A stretch of 64,000 bases of DNA from positions 14,495 through 78,494 of the forward strand of contig DASRGU010000013.1 of NCBI GenBank assembly GCA_035650875.1, given 5' to 3'. Both the position numbers and the translations under genes were made by a program. This DNA comes from Vulcanimicrobiaceae bacterium. Lineage in GTDB: Bacteria > Vulcanimicrobiota > Vulcanimicrobiia > Vulcanimicrobiales > Vulcanimicrobiaceae. The notes beneath the pieces are model-generated. The model was not told the origin of the DNA. It saw only the letters and a list, made by a program, of their open reading frames with translations, and made no database searches. Below are positions 9,774 to 19,126 of the stretch, one piece after another; position 1 is the first letter of the stretch, and every line of letters starts with the position of its first letter.

Positions 9774-10457
9774 GTGAGCGTCCGAGCGTCTCGTCGCGCT
9801 GCGCGAGTACGGGCGTGGCTACGCGATTGGTCTACGGTCGGGGGGCTGATAGCGTTCGTCATCGCTATGGCGTTCAATGTGCTTTCAGCTCGCGATTCGG
9901 CGATCTCGGCTGAAGCATCTGCTCGGTCGGCAGCCGCGACAGAAGAGTCTGTACGCATTGAGAGCGCACCAGCCCTGACATTGCGATGTGTGGCTGGAGT
10001 TCGAGGTAATGCCGATTACGAGATACTCATCGGCTGGCCTGGGTGGCCTCTAAAGCGCTCGGTCCAAAAGTTTGAACATAGCCCGTTTCGTGAGTTCGAT
10101 TACGAGACGTGTACGCTCAGTAATTTTGGAAGATTACCAGCGCTGAATGTTCGCGTGTCGTTTAAGGCAGCGCTTTCCAAAGCGCCAGCCGACAGGTTTT
10201 CGAGGCCGGGTGCTGCTGCGGAGGCGGTCGAGACTTACGACGCCGAGATTGATGGCGTCGGAGCGCAGTCGAGCGTTACGATTTGGATTCACAACGAATC
10301 TCAGAAGACCCAAGCGATAATCTATCCGGACCCCATCGCGCATTTCAAGGTGCCCCCGAACGACGCGGAGGTGACATATTCGTTGCCCCTCTCGTTCGAG
10401 ATACCGGTCGTTCTTCGCCCTGCTCGCGCGCAGGCGCCGCCTACGGAGAAAAACTAG
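9774..10457 (+). CDS. Hypothetical protein with one N-terminal TM helix (IS cargo)
   Basis: 227-aa ORF, WSTVGGLIAFVIAMAFNVL helix followed by a soluble domain; stop overlaps the transposase stop. Confidence 0.6.
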   Translation: MSVRASRRAARVRAWLRDWSTVGGLIAFVIAMAFNVLSARDSAISAEASARSAAATEESVRIESAPALTLRCVAGVRGNADYEILIGWPGWPLKRSVQKFEHSPFREFDYETCTLSNFGRLPALNVRVSFKAALSKAPADRFSRPGAAAEAVETYDAEIDGVGAQSSVTIWIHNESQKTQAIIYPDPIAHFKVPPNDAEVTYSLPLSFEIPVVLRPARAQAPPTEKN

Positions 10458-11498
10458 ATGCGGTCGCTTGTGCCGGGAATCGGCTGCGCGTTCATCGCGG
10501 CGCGACGGGCTTCGGCGCGGGCCGCACGGCCGGGACGCAAGCGCCAACGGGGATGCGAGGTCGTGAGCGCGGCATACGTCAGGCGCTTGCCGTCCGCGCC
10601 TTTCAGCGTCTCCACGAACCGGCCCGCGTCGTTGTCCTCGCGAGCGTTGAAGCGGAATACCTGCTCGTCCAAGTATGCGTCAAGGTGGAACGGACGAACC
10701 GCGATATACGTCCCGTGCAGAGTGCGCTTCACGCACGACCAGAAGTTTTCGATGGTGTTCGTGTGAACGCGACCGTTGACGTAGGCCACCGAATGGTCGA
10801 TGAAATCGTGAACGAAATCACGGTCCGTTTGCCGATAGGAGCGCAGCGCGTCGGTGTAGAGCGTGGAGCCCGGCAGGACGTTCTCGTAAATCTTCGGGAT
10901 CAGCGAGGACGCCCGATGATTCGGGACGACCATCGCGCGGGCCTGAGACGGCTTCCCGTCGCGCCCGCGCTGCACCATCCCGAACACCGTCGTCTTACCG
11001 GCGGCAGGGCCACCGATGGGGACGTTCTTGCCGACCGCGTTCACGCGCGTAGGCAAATGCTGGTGCTTACCGCCCACGAACGTCTCGTCCGCTTCGACCT
11101 CACCGGCGAGCGGCATGAGGGATTCGGCTTTCATCGCGAGACGGATGCGGTGGAACATGAACCACGCCGTTTTCTGCGTGACGCCGAGCGCGCGAGCGAG
11201 TTCGTGCGAGCTGGTGCCGTTCTTGGTATTCGCGAGCAGCCAGAAGGCCGGGAGCCACTTAGTAAACGGAATCGGCGAGTCCTCAAAGATCGTGCCGACC
11301 TTGACGCTAAACTGCCGTTTGCACTCCTTGCAGCGCCACTCGGCGCGTCGGAATCGCCTGAACGGACGCCGATCCGCAGCCCTTGCGGGGGCAAGCAACG
11401 CCGTTGGGCCAGCGCCACCGGACCGCGTAGGCGTGGGCGCGATCCGGGTCCGAAAAGTAGGTGACGGCTTCGAGGAGGGTGGTCGGCGTCCGGTCCAT
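10454..11498 (-). pseudogene. IS1595-family DDE transposase, frameshifted near 11339
   Basis: N-terminal Zn ribbon (WPNGVACPRKGCGS) in one frame; WRCKECKRQFSVKVGTIFEDS...EADETFVGG...LYTDALRSY...HTNTIENFW in another. Confidence 0.9.
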
Positions 11499-11744
11499 GC
11501 TCCAACGCTATACCGAGGGTGTGCCTGCTGGGTGGCACTCTTTTGTGCCTCAAGTATATCGTCCTGGCAGATGTCAAGCAGCTCTTTAACGGGCGAAATG
11601 ATAAGCAGCCGAGCGAGCGACGTGAACCACAGCCCGACGTCTCGGTCCAACTATGGACGGAATCTGCTCGAGTCGACGTCGGAACCGCTCGCCAATGGCC
11701 TAGTCGCGGCCCTTCTGACGTCGGCGCGACCGAAAAGCCCGTCG

Positions 11745-12230
11745 TCAGGCGGCAGCGCGGACTTTCTTTTTGGGACGCGATTCTGCAGCTTTCGGCGGTC
11801 TGCCACCCTTTAGCCCATTCGCACGCGACGCTGCCGCCCGCGCCGGCGACGTACGCGCGGCTAATAAGCGTGCCGCTATCGTCGCCAGCGCATCGCCGGC
11901 CACTGCCTCAAAGAGCGTCTCGACGCGCGCGCCCATGTCCGCTTTGTCTGACCAGACGGAAAAGCCGGATTTTTGCGCCCTAAGGTCGCCGAGCAGTCCC
12001 GCCGGCGCTTTATTGATTCCCGGGAGCTTGCTCCGCGGGACGATCAGCGTCCCGCCGGTGGAGAGCTTGACGATTATTGCGTCACCCTTCGCGTCGAAGA
12101 ACGCACTCACGATTCGGGTCGCGGTCTTCGCTCGCGACCGAGCTTCTGCAACGGCCGCTCGGATTTCAGCGTCAGTCGTTCGGATTCGGGCGGGCTTCAC
12201 AATTTTCGGTTTTGCAGCATTCTTGCTCAT
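11745..12230 (-). CDS. DUF2442 domain protein (putative antitoxin)
   Basis: IIVKLSTGGTLIVP...LWSD-like core, C-terminal SPARAAASRANGLKGGRP; ATGA overlap with DUF4160 gene. Confidence 0.75.
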   Translation of the reverse strand: MSKNAAKPKIVKPARIRTTDAEIRAAVAEARSRAKTATRIVSAFFDAKGDAIIVKLSTGGTLIVPRSKLPGINKAPAGLLGDLRAQKSGFSVWSDKADMGARVETLFEAVAGDALATIAARLLAARTSPARAAASRANGLKGGRPPKAAESRPKKKVRAAA

Positions 12231-12487
12231 GATGGACGGCTGTTCTCCCATAGCTCCAGCAGATCGTCGTAGCCGGCGGCCGCAGCACGCAGAGCTTTCC
12301 GCACGTCGTTCGCCTTCACGTGCGGGTCCGCTTTATGCTGTTCCGAGAGGCGGATGGAACGATCCGCCAGCAGCTCGATATCGACGTCGCCCTCGTTGAA
12401 GTGGGCATGAACGTGCGGTATTGAGGCGCCGGCATGGTCGCCGGAGTAGCATTGGAACCTGACGCCGCGAACGTTCTTCGATCCCAT
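12227..12487 (-). CDS. DUF4160 domain protein (putative toxin)
   Basis: GVRFQCYSGDHAGASIPHVHAHF...LLELWE. Confidence 0.8.
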   Translation of the reverse strand: MGSKNVRGVRFQCYSGDHAGASIPHVHAHFNEGDVDIELLADRSIRLSEQHKADPHVKANDVRKALRAAAAGYDDLLELWENSRPS

Positions 12488-12762
12488 CGGCTACTGCATT
12501 GTAACCCAGCGCCAGGTTTTCGTCTAGCCCGTTTGCGCACACGGCCGGCGGCGCGTTACCCGGTTCCATCGAGGTCGACGGCTGGGGGCCAATCTTCAGC
12601 CCGCAGTCCCTCTAGACACCACGGGCGGATCATCGATCCCTCGTAAGGTGGGTTCAGCGGCCTTCCCGCCGGCTGCCGATGATCGCCGCCGCAAGTCCCG
12701 ATCGCGCTTTGGATGCGTTCGGTCGTTTCGGGCCGAGGCAGAAGCGCAGCGGCGCTGGCCCT

Positions 12763-13548
12763 TTAGTCCGTCGGTACGTAGCCGAGTCGTCGCTCGAACT
12801 GCGCTCGCGACGCGCAGTTTTCGTCGATCTGAGCGCTACACAGAATCGTAGGAAACGACGCGGTCGTCGTCGCGGCGATGCGCGCCCACAGTAGCGCAGC
12901 GAACGGATCCTCTCGCTGCAACGAAACGTAAATACTGCGCTGCGTCGGCGATGAGACGCGGTATTTCGCCATGAGCCGGTTTCGGCAGAACGTCGAAGGC
13001 TTCGCGTAGAAGCACCCGAGCCAGCCACGCGAGTCATTTTTCGCATACGAGATAGGCGCGGCATGGAAGCGGCGGTACGTCACCATGTTCCCGTCGACAA
13101 GCCCGATTCCGGTGACGCGCAAGGTCACGCGGTACGGCGGCTGCCATCCCGAGGCGAAGCGGTCGACCGCGCTCTTCCGGATCGCTATTACGTAACGACC
13201 TAAAGGCAGCTGTAGTTCGGCTCCGAGGTCCATGACGAGCGTTTGCCGCGGCCGTAAGCTGCCGAACAAGACGCGCCGAACGTCGACCGAGTACAGCCGA
13301 TCATCGTGCAGCTCGCTCCGCAGGTTCTGCAGGATATCGGCGTCGATCAGTGCGTCAGACGCAAAGGCGACTTCCGGCGGCTCGAGTTTGTCGACCATGT
13401 TCGGACTTCCGTGCGGGATAACGGGCTGATTCAGAAACGCGTTGCGCGCATCGTCCCTGCACAGCACCGTGCCGACGACGGACGCGATGAGCAGTAGCGA
13501 CAGAACGGCGCCCTGCATGGCTCGACACCCCGCCCCGTTCATGAACAC
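12763..13548 (-). CDS. Hypothetical secreted protein
   Basis: 261-aa ORF with a hydrophobic N-terminus; no family recognised. Confidence 0.5.
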   Translation of the reverse strand: MFMNGAGCRAMQGAVLSLLLIASVVGTVLCRDDARNAFLNQPVIPHGSPNMVDKLEPPEVAFASDALIDADILQNLRSELHDDRLYSVDVRRVLFGSLRPRQTLVMDLGAELQLPLGRYVIAIRKSAVDRFASGWQPPYRVTLRVTGIGLVDGNMVTYRRFHAAPISYAKNDSRGWLGCFYAKPSTFCRNRLMAKYRVSSPTQRSIYVSLQREDPFAALLWARIAATTTASFPTILCSAQIDENCASRAQFERRLGYVPTD

Positions 13549-13650
13549 ACGTGCCGCAGTCTAGCGATCGTCATGCGAGCTTTGGTACTCGCGACAAGTC
13601 TCAGCTTCTTTCGCAGTGGCTTCACGTGCGTCGCAACTTTGCTATAACGG

Positions 13651-13679
13651 TTGTCGAACACGCGTTCGCATGCTACAAT
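13651..13679 (+). promoter_or_regulatory. Putative sigma70 promoter TTGTCG-17-TACAAT
   Basis: Near-consensus boxes with 17-bp spacer upstream of ORF 13756. Confidence 0.5.
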
Positions 13680-13755
13680 ACTCACATACAAACTCAGCGG
13701 CTCGGCCGGTGTTAGCGCACCGACCGAGCCCGTCAAGCGATGGGAGTATCCACCG

Positions 13756-14094
13756 ATGACATTTCCGTTGTTCTTCGGCTGCGCGCCGAGACTCCTCGAC
13801 GATCCGGAGTTCCGCGCCAAGCGCGTTCGGCGGGATCCCGCTGGCGATGCCGAGGACGTCGTAGCCGACGTCCCCGATCGCGCGCTTTGGGTGCAGTTCG
13901 GGTTCACCGAAGAGGAAGCGCGCGAGTGGCGCGCAGCGGCGAGTCCGCGCTTCACGCCCTTCACCGCGGCGACGTGGCGCTTCGAAGGCTTCGGCCCCAG
14001 CGACGCCGCGTTGTGGAGCCAAGTATACTGCGATCCGATGCTCGCGCGGCAACGCCGTAACCGCGGCTACGCCGACCCGTTCATCACCGACTGA
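13756..14094 (+). CDS. Hypothetical protein
   Basis: ATG preceded by GGGAG; Trp-rich WxxxGF repeats. Confidence 0.55.
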   Translation: MTFPLFFGCAPRLLDDPEFRAKRVRRDPAGDAEDVVADVPDRALWVQFGFTEEEAREWRAAASPRFTPFTAATWRFEGFGPSDAALWSQVYCDPMLARQRRNRGYADPFITD

Positions 14095-14142
14095 TCGCAG
14101 CGACGGCGCACGAGCGCGCGCTCGTGCGCCGGTGAGCGTTCC

Positions 14143-14604
14143 TTACGAGCCGCAGTAGGCGGTGAAGGCAGCCGTCACGTCGGGAGCGGGCGACATGCTT
14201 TGCGGACGCGAGTACGTGATGCGGGTCGTGCCGCCGCCGGTGCCTTCGTCGATGATGAGCTGGTGGAACGTCGTGCCGTTCAGCGTCATCTCGAGCTCGT
14301 GCGCCGGCTTGCCGGCGCACGTGATGTCGCGGTCGACGGTCGGGTGCACGTTGTTCCCCGCCATGTTCTTGTGCACGGCGGCCACGACGTCGCCGTAGAC
14401 GACATCGGTCGAATTGAGCGCCGAGACGTTCTGGTCGCCCTTTTGCCACGATTCCGCCGAGCGCGGCGACGTGGGCGACGGCGTCGCCGTCACGGTGTGG
14501 TTCCAGCCGGCCGGCCCGGTGAACGGCTTTGGCGCCGCGCCGGCGGCGAAGGGCGCGAGCAAGGCGGCGAAAGCGACCGCCGCGGTAAGGTAGGGCGTAC
14601 GCAT
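14143..14604 (-). CDS. Hypothetical secreted protein
   Basis: Signal peptide MRTPYLTAAVAFAALLAPFAAGA; PsbP/DcrB-like look, unconfirmed. Confidence 0.7.
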   Translation of the reverse strand: MRTPYLTAAVAFAALLAPFAAGAAPKPFTGPAGWNHTVTATPSPTSPRSAESWQKGDQNVSALNSTDVVYGDVVAAVHKNMAGNNVHPTVDRDITCAGKPAHELEMTLNGTTFHQLIIDEGTGGGTTRITYSRPQSMSPAPDVTAAFTAYCGS

Positions 14605-14723
14605 CCTCGCCCTAGCGTACCGGGCGATCTTCGCCGGAGCAAGATGCAGCGGCCAAACAAGCGGTCTGCCTGCGGTTTCGACGCTCTCTGGACAGATCAC
14701 GATATATCGTGTAGTATCGCGAC

Positions 14724-15332
14724 ATGATGAGTCAGGTGATTCGCCGGGGTGTCTTCTTCCGGCACGGTCACGAGCATTTCGGGCACGAGCACGGGCCGCA
14801 CGAGCGCCACCGCCACGCGCGGCACCACGGGCCGGGGAGCGAGTGGATGCGCGGCTGGGAAGGCGCGTTCTGGGGCGGCTTCGGCCGCGGCCCGGGGCGT
14901 CGCGCGCGCCGCGGTGACGTGAAGTACCTCGTCCTCGAGCTGCTCGCCGAGGGGCCGAAGCACGGCTATGAGATCATCCGCGCGATCGAGGAGCGGCGCG
15001 GCGTTCGCCCGAGCGCGGGCTCGGTCTATCCGACGCTGCAGATGCTCGAGGACGGAGGTTTCGTCAGCGCCGAGCAGGTCGACGGCAAGCGTGTCTACAC
15101 GATCACGGAAGCCGGCCGGGCAATGCTGAACGAACGCGCGACCGATCCGGACGACGACGCCGAGACCGACGAGCTCGACGTCCGCCATCTCGTGCGGCAG
15201 TCCGCATTCAAGCTCTTTGCCGCGATTGCGGGCGCCCGCGGCAGCGACGACGCGACGCTCGGCAAGATCCGCGCCGTGCTGGACCGTGCGCGCAAAGAGG
15301 TCTACGCGATCCTCGCCAGCGACGAGACGTAG
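14724..15332 (+). CDS. PadR family transcriptional regulator
   Basis: RARRGDVKYLVLELLAEGPKHGYEII, PSAGSVYPTLQMLED. Confidence 0.92.
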   Translation: MMSQVIRRGVFFRHGHEHFGHEHGPHERHRHARHHGPGSEWMRGWEGAFWGGFGRGPGRRARRGDVKYLVLELLAEGPKHGYEIIRAIEERRGVRPSAGSVYPTLQMLEDGGFVSAEQVDGKRVYTITEAGRAMLNERATDPDDDAETDELDVRHLVRQSAFKLFAAIAGARGSDDATLGKIRAVLDRARKEVYAILASDET

Positions 15333-15344
15333 CTCCCAGCGACG

Positions 15345-16814
15345 TCAGCCTGCGCCCGTCGTTCCTCGGCCGGCGTGCTGCTCGATCGCGGCGACCACGT
15401 CGCGCGCCGCGCGCAGCACCTGCGGCAACGGTTCCGCACCGTACCCCACGACGAAGCCGCGACAATCGGTGCGCTCGATGCAGAACGCCGAGAGCGGTTG
15501 GAGGCGAATGCCGCGCGCCACGAGCGTCTTCGCGACGGCGACGTCGTCGAACTCCGGCGGCCCGACGAGAGAAACGTTCAACCCGCCGCTCCCCGCGGAC
15601 AGCGTGAAACCGGCGCGCGCGAGCGGCTTCTGGAGCAGCGCGATCAGCGCGCGCCGCCGCTCGCCGTACGCGGCGGTCATGCGGTGCACGTGCCGTGCGT
15701 AGTGTCCTGCGGCGATGAACTCCGCGAGCGTCGCCTGCACGTGCTGGTTCATGCCGAGCGTCGCAAGCACGCGCGCGAGCGCGAAGCTCTTCGCGAGATG
15801 CCGCGGCACGATGAGGTACCCGACGCGCAACCCGGGGGCGAGCGTCTTGCTGAACGAGCCCACGTACAGCACGCGCTCGTCGCGGTCGATGCTCTGCAGC
15901 GCGGGAAGCGGCCGTTCGTCGTACCAGAACTCGCTGTCGTAGTCGTCCTCGAGGACGTACGCGTCGTGTTCGCGCGCCCACGTCAGCAGCGCGTCGCGTC
16001 GCTTGCGGCTCATCCGCACACCGAGCGGAAACTGGTGCGACGGCGTGACGTAGGCGAGGCTCGCGCGCCCCGCGTGTCGGACGTCGACGCCGTCGGCATC
16101 GACGCGCGCGGGGATCAGCCGCATCCCCCACGCTTCGAGCCCGCTGCGCGCGAACTGATAGCACGGGTCTTCGACGACGACGCGGTCGCCCTCGGACAAG
16201 AGCACGTCCGCGGCGAGCCGCAACGCCGCCTGCGTCCCCTCGACGACGATCACGCGATCGGGGTCGGCACTCACGCCGCGCAATTGCTGCACGTGCTGAA
16301 CGATCGCCCGGCGCAGGTCCGGATCGCCTTGCGCGTCGCGATAGCCCCAATAGGTCGGCGTGAGCTTGCGGCGCGCGATGCGCAGCCACGCGCTGAAGGG
16401 AAACTCCGCGACGTCGGGGATCCCGCCGCGCAGCGGACCTTCGCCGAGCGTCCCTTCGAGCCGATCTTCCGCCGCGGCGAAGCGCTTCGCACGCGCGGGC
16501 AGCGACCGCGGCTCACGACTCGCCGCGGCCGGCGGCTTCACGACGCCCGCCGCGATGAACGTTCCGGCGCCGACGCGGGCTTCGAGGTATCCCTCGGCGA
16601 CGAGCTGCTGGATCGCCGTCGCGATCGTGTTCCGCGAAAGGCCCAGCCGCTGCGCGAGATCGCGCTGCGGGAGCAGCCGCGTCGCCGGCTGATACAGGCC
16701 CGATTCGATCGCCTCGCGCAGGCGGCGCGCGACCTGGCGGACCAGCGGCTCGGCGGAGTCGCGATCCGGGAAGAGCGGTTCGAGGTCGCCCGGCGTGCGC
16801 GCACCCATCGGCAT
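15345..16814 (-). CDS. GntR/MocR family PLP-dependent regulator
   Basis: wHTH LLPQRDLAQRLGLSRNT; YVTPSHQFPLG, EDDYDSEF, GSFSKTLAPGLRVG. Confidence 0.92.
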   Translation of the reverse strand: MPMGARTPGDLEPLFPDRDSAEPLVRQVARRLREAIESGLYQPATRLLPQRDLAQRLGLSRNTIATAIQQLVAEGYLEARVGAGTFIAAGVVKPPAAASREPRSLPARAKRFAAAEDRLEGTLGEGPLRGGIPDVAEFPFSAWLRIARRKLTPTYWGYRDAQGDPDLRRAIVQHVQQLRGVSADPDRVIVVEGTQAALRLAADVLLSEGDRVVVEDPCYQFARSGLEAWGMRLIPARVDADGVDVRHAGRASLAYVTPSHQFPLGVRMSRKRRDALLTWAREHDAYVLEDDYDSEFWYDERPLPALQSIDRDERVLYVGSFSKTLAPGLRVGYLIVPRHLAKSFALARVLATLGMNQHVQATLAEFIAAGHYARHVHRMTAAYGERRRALIALLQKPLARAGFTLSAGSGGLNVSLVGPPEFDDVAVAKTLVARGIRLQPLSAFCIERTDCRGFVVGYGAEPLPQVLRAARDVVAAIEQHAGRGTTGAG

Positions 16815-16858
16815 GCGCTTCTCAGGCGTACGCCGAGGGGCCCTGCGAAGGACCGTCC

Positions 16859-17920
16859 TTAGTTCGGCACCTCGCACGACTCGAAGGCGAAGCTGTAGAC
16901 CGCCGTGCCGGGCGCCGCGGGCGCCAACCGCAGATCGTGCGAACCCATCTTTGCGTTCATGATGAGCTCGTACGCGCGGGGCGCGTCGACGGTCACGTAC
17001 GAGGCGCCGCCGTCGTCGTAATGCACGTCCGAGCCGGCATCGGCTTTCGGAACCGGCGCCCCGTCCTCGGTCACCGCGACGCGCACGCTGCCGCCCTTCG
17101 GCGGCGCCAGAACGCCGACGAGCTGCGTCGCGTGGTACCGAAGCACGAGCGCCGCCGGCACCGCGCCCGCCACCGCCGCCTCACCGTCCATGCGCCACGT
17201 GCCCGCGAGGTAGACCGCGCCGTCCGTGTACGGACCGCCCGGATCGGCATACACGGCGTTGCGCCGCACATCTCCGGCCGGCGCATCGGCGATCTTCGTG
17301 TGCTCGAGCAGAACTTCGGGCGTGCGTGGATAGCAGCGCGCGCCGGGCTTCGTGTAGTCGTCCTGCGGCAGGAGCGCCATGACGGGCGGAAGCGTGAGCT
17401 TCGGGTTACCCGCCTTCAAGAGGCTCTGGATCATGAGCTCCGTCTCCTGATACGGCCCTTCTCCGACCACTGTGTGCACGAGCCGCCCGTCGCGGTCGAA
17501 CAAGAACTCTTCCGGCCAGCCGTCCGTGCCGTAGCGGTTCCAGATCGCGTTGTCCGCATCCACCACGACCGGCCACGCGATTCCGAGCCGCTGCGTCGCC
17601 TCGCGCACGTTTCCGACGTTCCCGGAGAACCCGAACTCGGGCGTGTGGACGCCGATGATCTCCAAGCCGTCGTCGTGATAGCGCTGGTACCACGCCTTCA
17701 GATACGGGAGCGTGCGCAAGCAGTTGATGCACGTGTACTCCCAAAAATCGACGAGAACGACCTTGCCGCTCAAGTCGAGCGGCCGTACGGGCCGGCCGAT
17801 CCAGCCTGTGCCGTCGGTGAACGGCGGGATGCCGTAGCTTCCCGGCTTCGGCGGTCCCGGCGCGATGGTGAGCAGCAGCAGAGCGACCGCGAGGATCCGT
17901 CCGAAGAATTGCACGCGCAC
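16859..17920 (-). CDS. Redoxin domain protein (DipZ C-terminal-like)
   Basis: VVLVDFWEYTCINCLRTLP, IGVHTPEF, GEGPY. Confidence 0.85.
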   Translation of the reverse strand: MRVQFFGRILAVALLLLTIAPGPPKPGSYGIPPFTDGTGWIGRPVRPLDLSGKVVLVDFWEYTCINCLRTLPYLKAWYQRYHDDGLEIIGVHTPEFGFSGNVGNVREATQRLGIAWPVVVDADNAIWNRYGTDGWPEEFLFDRDGRLVHTVVGEGPYQETELMIQSLLKAGNPKLTLPPVMALLPQDDYTKPGARCYPRTPEVLLEHTKIADAPAGDVRRNAVYADPGGPYTDGAVYLAGTWRMDGEAAVAGAVPAALVLRYHATQLVGVLAPPKGGSVRVAVTEDGAPVPKADAGSDVHYDDGGASYVTVDAPRAYELIMNAKMGSHDLRLAPAAPGTAVYSFAFESCEVPN

Positions 17921-18068
17921 GATACGTCAAGGCCCCACTGAGAACGAGCGGGCCGCCGCTGCGAGCGGCGGCTCCTCGCCTCAGTGTAGCACCGCACGGC
18001 CCGGCCAGACAGGGCCGCTCCGGCACCGGGCGGTGGTTCCAATCCGCTCGCCGCGGCGACCGGCCCGG

Positions 18069-18515
18069 TCAGCTCCCGCCCAGCGCGGCGCGCAGCGGCT
18101 CGGGAATGCGCGTCGCGCGCAGCGTCGTGCGGTCCACGGCTGCGAGGACGAGCGTCGCCGCGACGAGGAGCGTTCCGTCGTCGCGTTCGACGCGGAACGC
18201 GAACGTCAGCGACGAGCCGCCGATTTTTTCGAGCGTGGCGGTCGTCACCAGCTCATCGTCGAGCTTCGCGGGTGCGCGGTACTCGCACTCGAAGCGCACG
18301 CGGGCGATCCAGACGCCGAACTGGTCGGCGATCGCGTCGTACGTCCAGCCGATCGCGCGGAAGAACTCCGTCTCCGCCGCTTCGATGAAGCGCGAGTAGT
18401 TCGCGTGGTAGACGATGCCCATCATGTCGAGATCGCGCCAGCGCACGCGCTCCCGCACGGCCGGTCCCACGCGCAACGGCGCCTCCGCGTGCGCTGCGCG
18501 CTCGCGGCTGCTCAC
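18069..18515 (-). CDS. Acyl-CoA thioesterase (YbgC/4HBT family)
   Basis: VRWRDLDMMGIVYHANYSRFIEAA, EYRAPAKLDD; GTGA overlap with ribE stop. Confidence 0.88.
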   Translation of the reverse strand: MSSRERAAHAEAPLRVGPAVRERVRWRDLDMMGIVYHANYSRFIEAAETEFFRAIGWTYDAIADQFGVWIARVRFECEYRAPAKLDDELVTTATLEKIGGSSLTFAFRVERDDGTLLVAATLVLAAVDRTTLRATRIPEPLRAALGGS

Positions 18516-19126
18516 GCGCGAGCCGCGCGCGCGTACGCCTCGAGCGCGCCCTGTGCGTAGCGGGCGACGGGATCGACTTCGATGTTCACGCGGTCGCCGC
18601 CGTTTTTCGTGCCGAGCGTCGTCCGCCGCGCGGTCTCCGGGATGAGCGCGATGCTGAAGCGACCGTCGTCCGCCGCCGCGACGGTCAGGCTGACGCCGTC
18701 GACCGCGACGTAGCCTTTTTCGACGATGAACGGCGCGAGCGCGGGCGGCAGTTCGACGTGCAGCCGGAATCCTTGCCCCTCCGGTTCCTTCGCGAGAACT
18801 GCGGCGTTTGCGTCGACGTGTCCGTAGACGAGGTGGCCGCCGAGACGGTCGCCGAGCCGCAGCGACAGCTCGACGTTCAGCCGGTCGCCCGCATGCAACG
18901 TCTCGAACGCGGTGCGTGCGATCGTCTCCGGCACGACGTCGAAGCGCATCGTCCGCTCGTCGAATCCGACGACGGTGAGGCACACGCCGTTGACCGCGAC
19001 GGAGTCTCCGAGCGCGACACCATCGGCGATGGCGCCTGGCGCTTCGACGATCAGGGTCATGCCGCGCTCGCGATCGCCGTCGATCGTGGCGACGCGGCCG
19101 TCGTGCGCGATCAGGCCGGAGAACAC
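18512..19126 (-). CDS. ribE: Riboflavin synthase alpha chain
   Basis: (M)FSGLI N-terminus, GDSVAVNGVCLTV, GGHLVYGHVD, VDGVSLTV. Confidence 0.95.
   Translation of the reverse strand: MFSGLIAHDGRVATIDGDRERGMTLIVEAPGAIADGVALGDSVAVNGVCLTVVGFDERTMRFDVVPETIARTAFETLHAGDRLNVELSLRLGDRLGGHLVYGHVDANAAVLAKEPEGQGFRLHVELPPALAPFIVEKGYVAVDGVSLTVAAADDGRFSIALIPETARRTTLGTKNGGDRVNIEVDPVARYAQGALEAYARAARA

Larger units (their letters stand above)
8372..11566 (-). mobile_element. IS1595-family transporter IS (3195 bp) carrying cargo ORFs
   Basis: TIRs CAAGGCGATATACTATAGGCAC (8372-8393) and reverse complement CAGGACGATATACTTGAGGCAC (11545-11566), 18/22 identical; 8-bp direct repeat GCAGATGT at 8364-8371 and 11567-11574; IS1595 transposase inside. 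Confidence 0.9.

Noticed and set aside
8364-11578. 12-bp direct repeat GCAGATGTCAAG as the target-site duplication
   Set aside because: A 12-bp duplication leaves unequal TIR ends. An 8-bp duplication gives matched 22-bp TIRs both starting CA and fits the IS1595 family.
11575-11745. FMN riboswitch displaced upstream of ribBA by the IS
   Set aside because: No RFN consensus segments recognisable on the minus strand here or upstream of ribD; an Rfam scan would be decisive.
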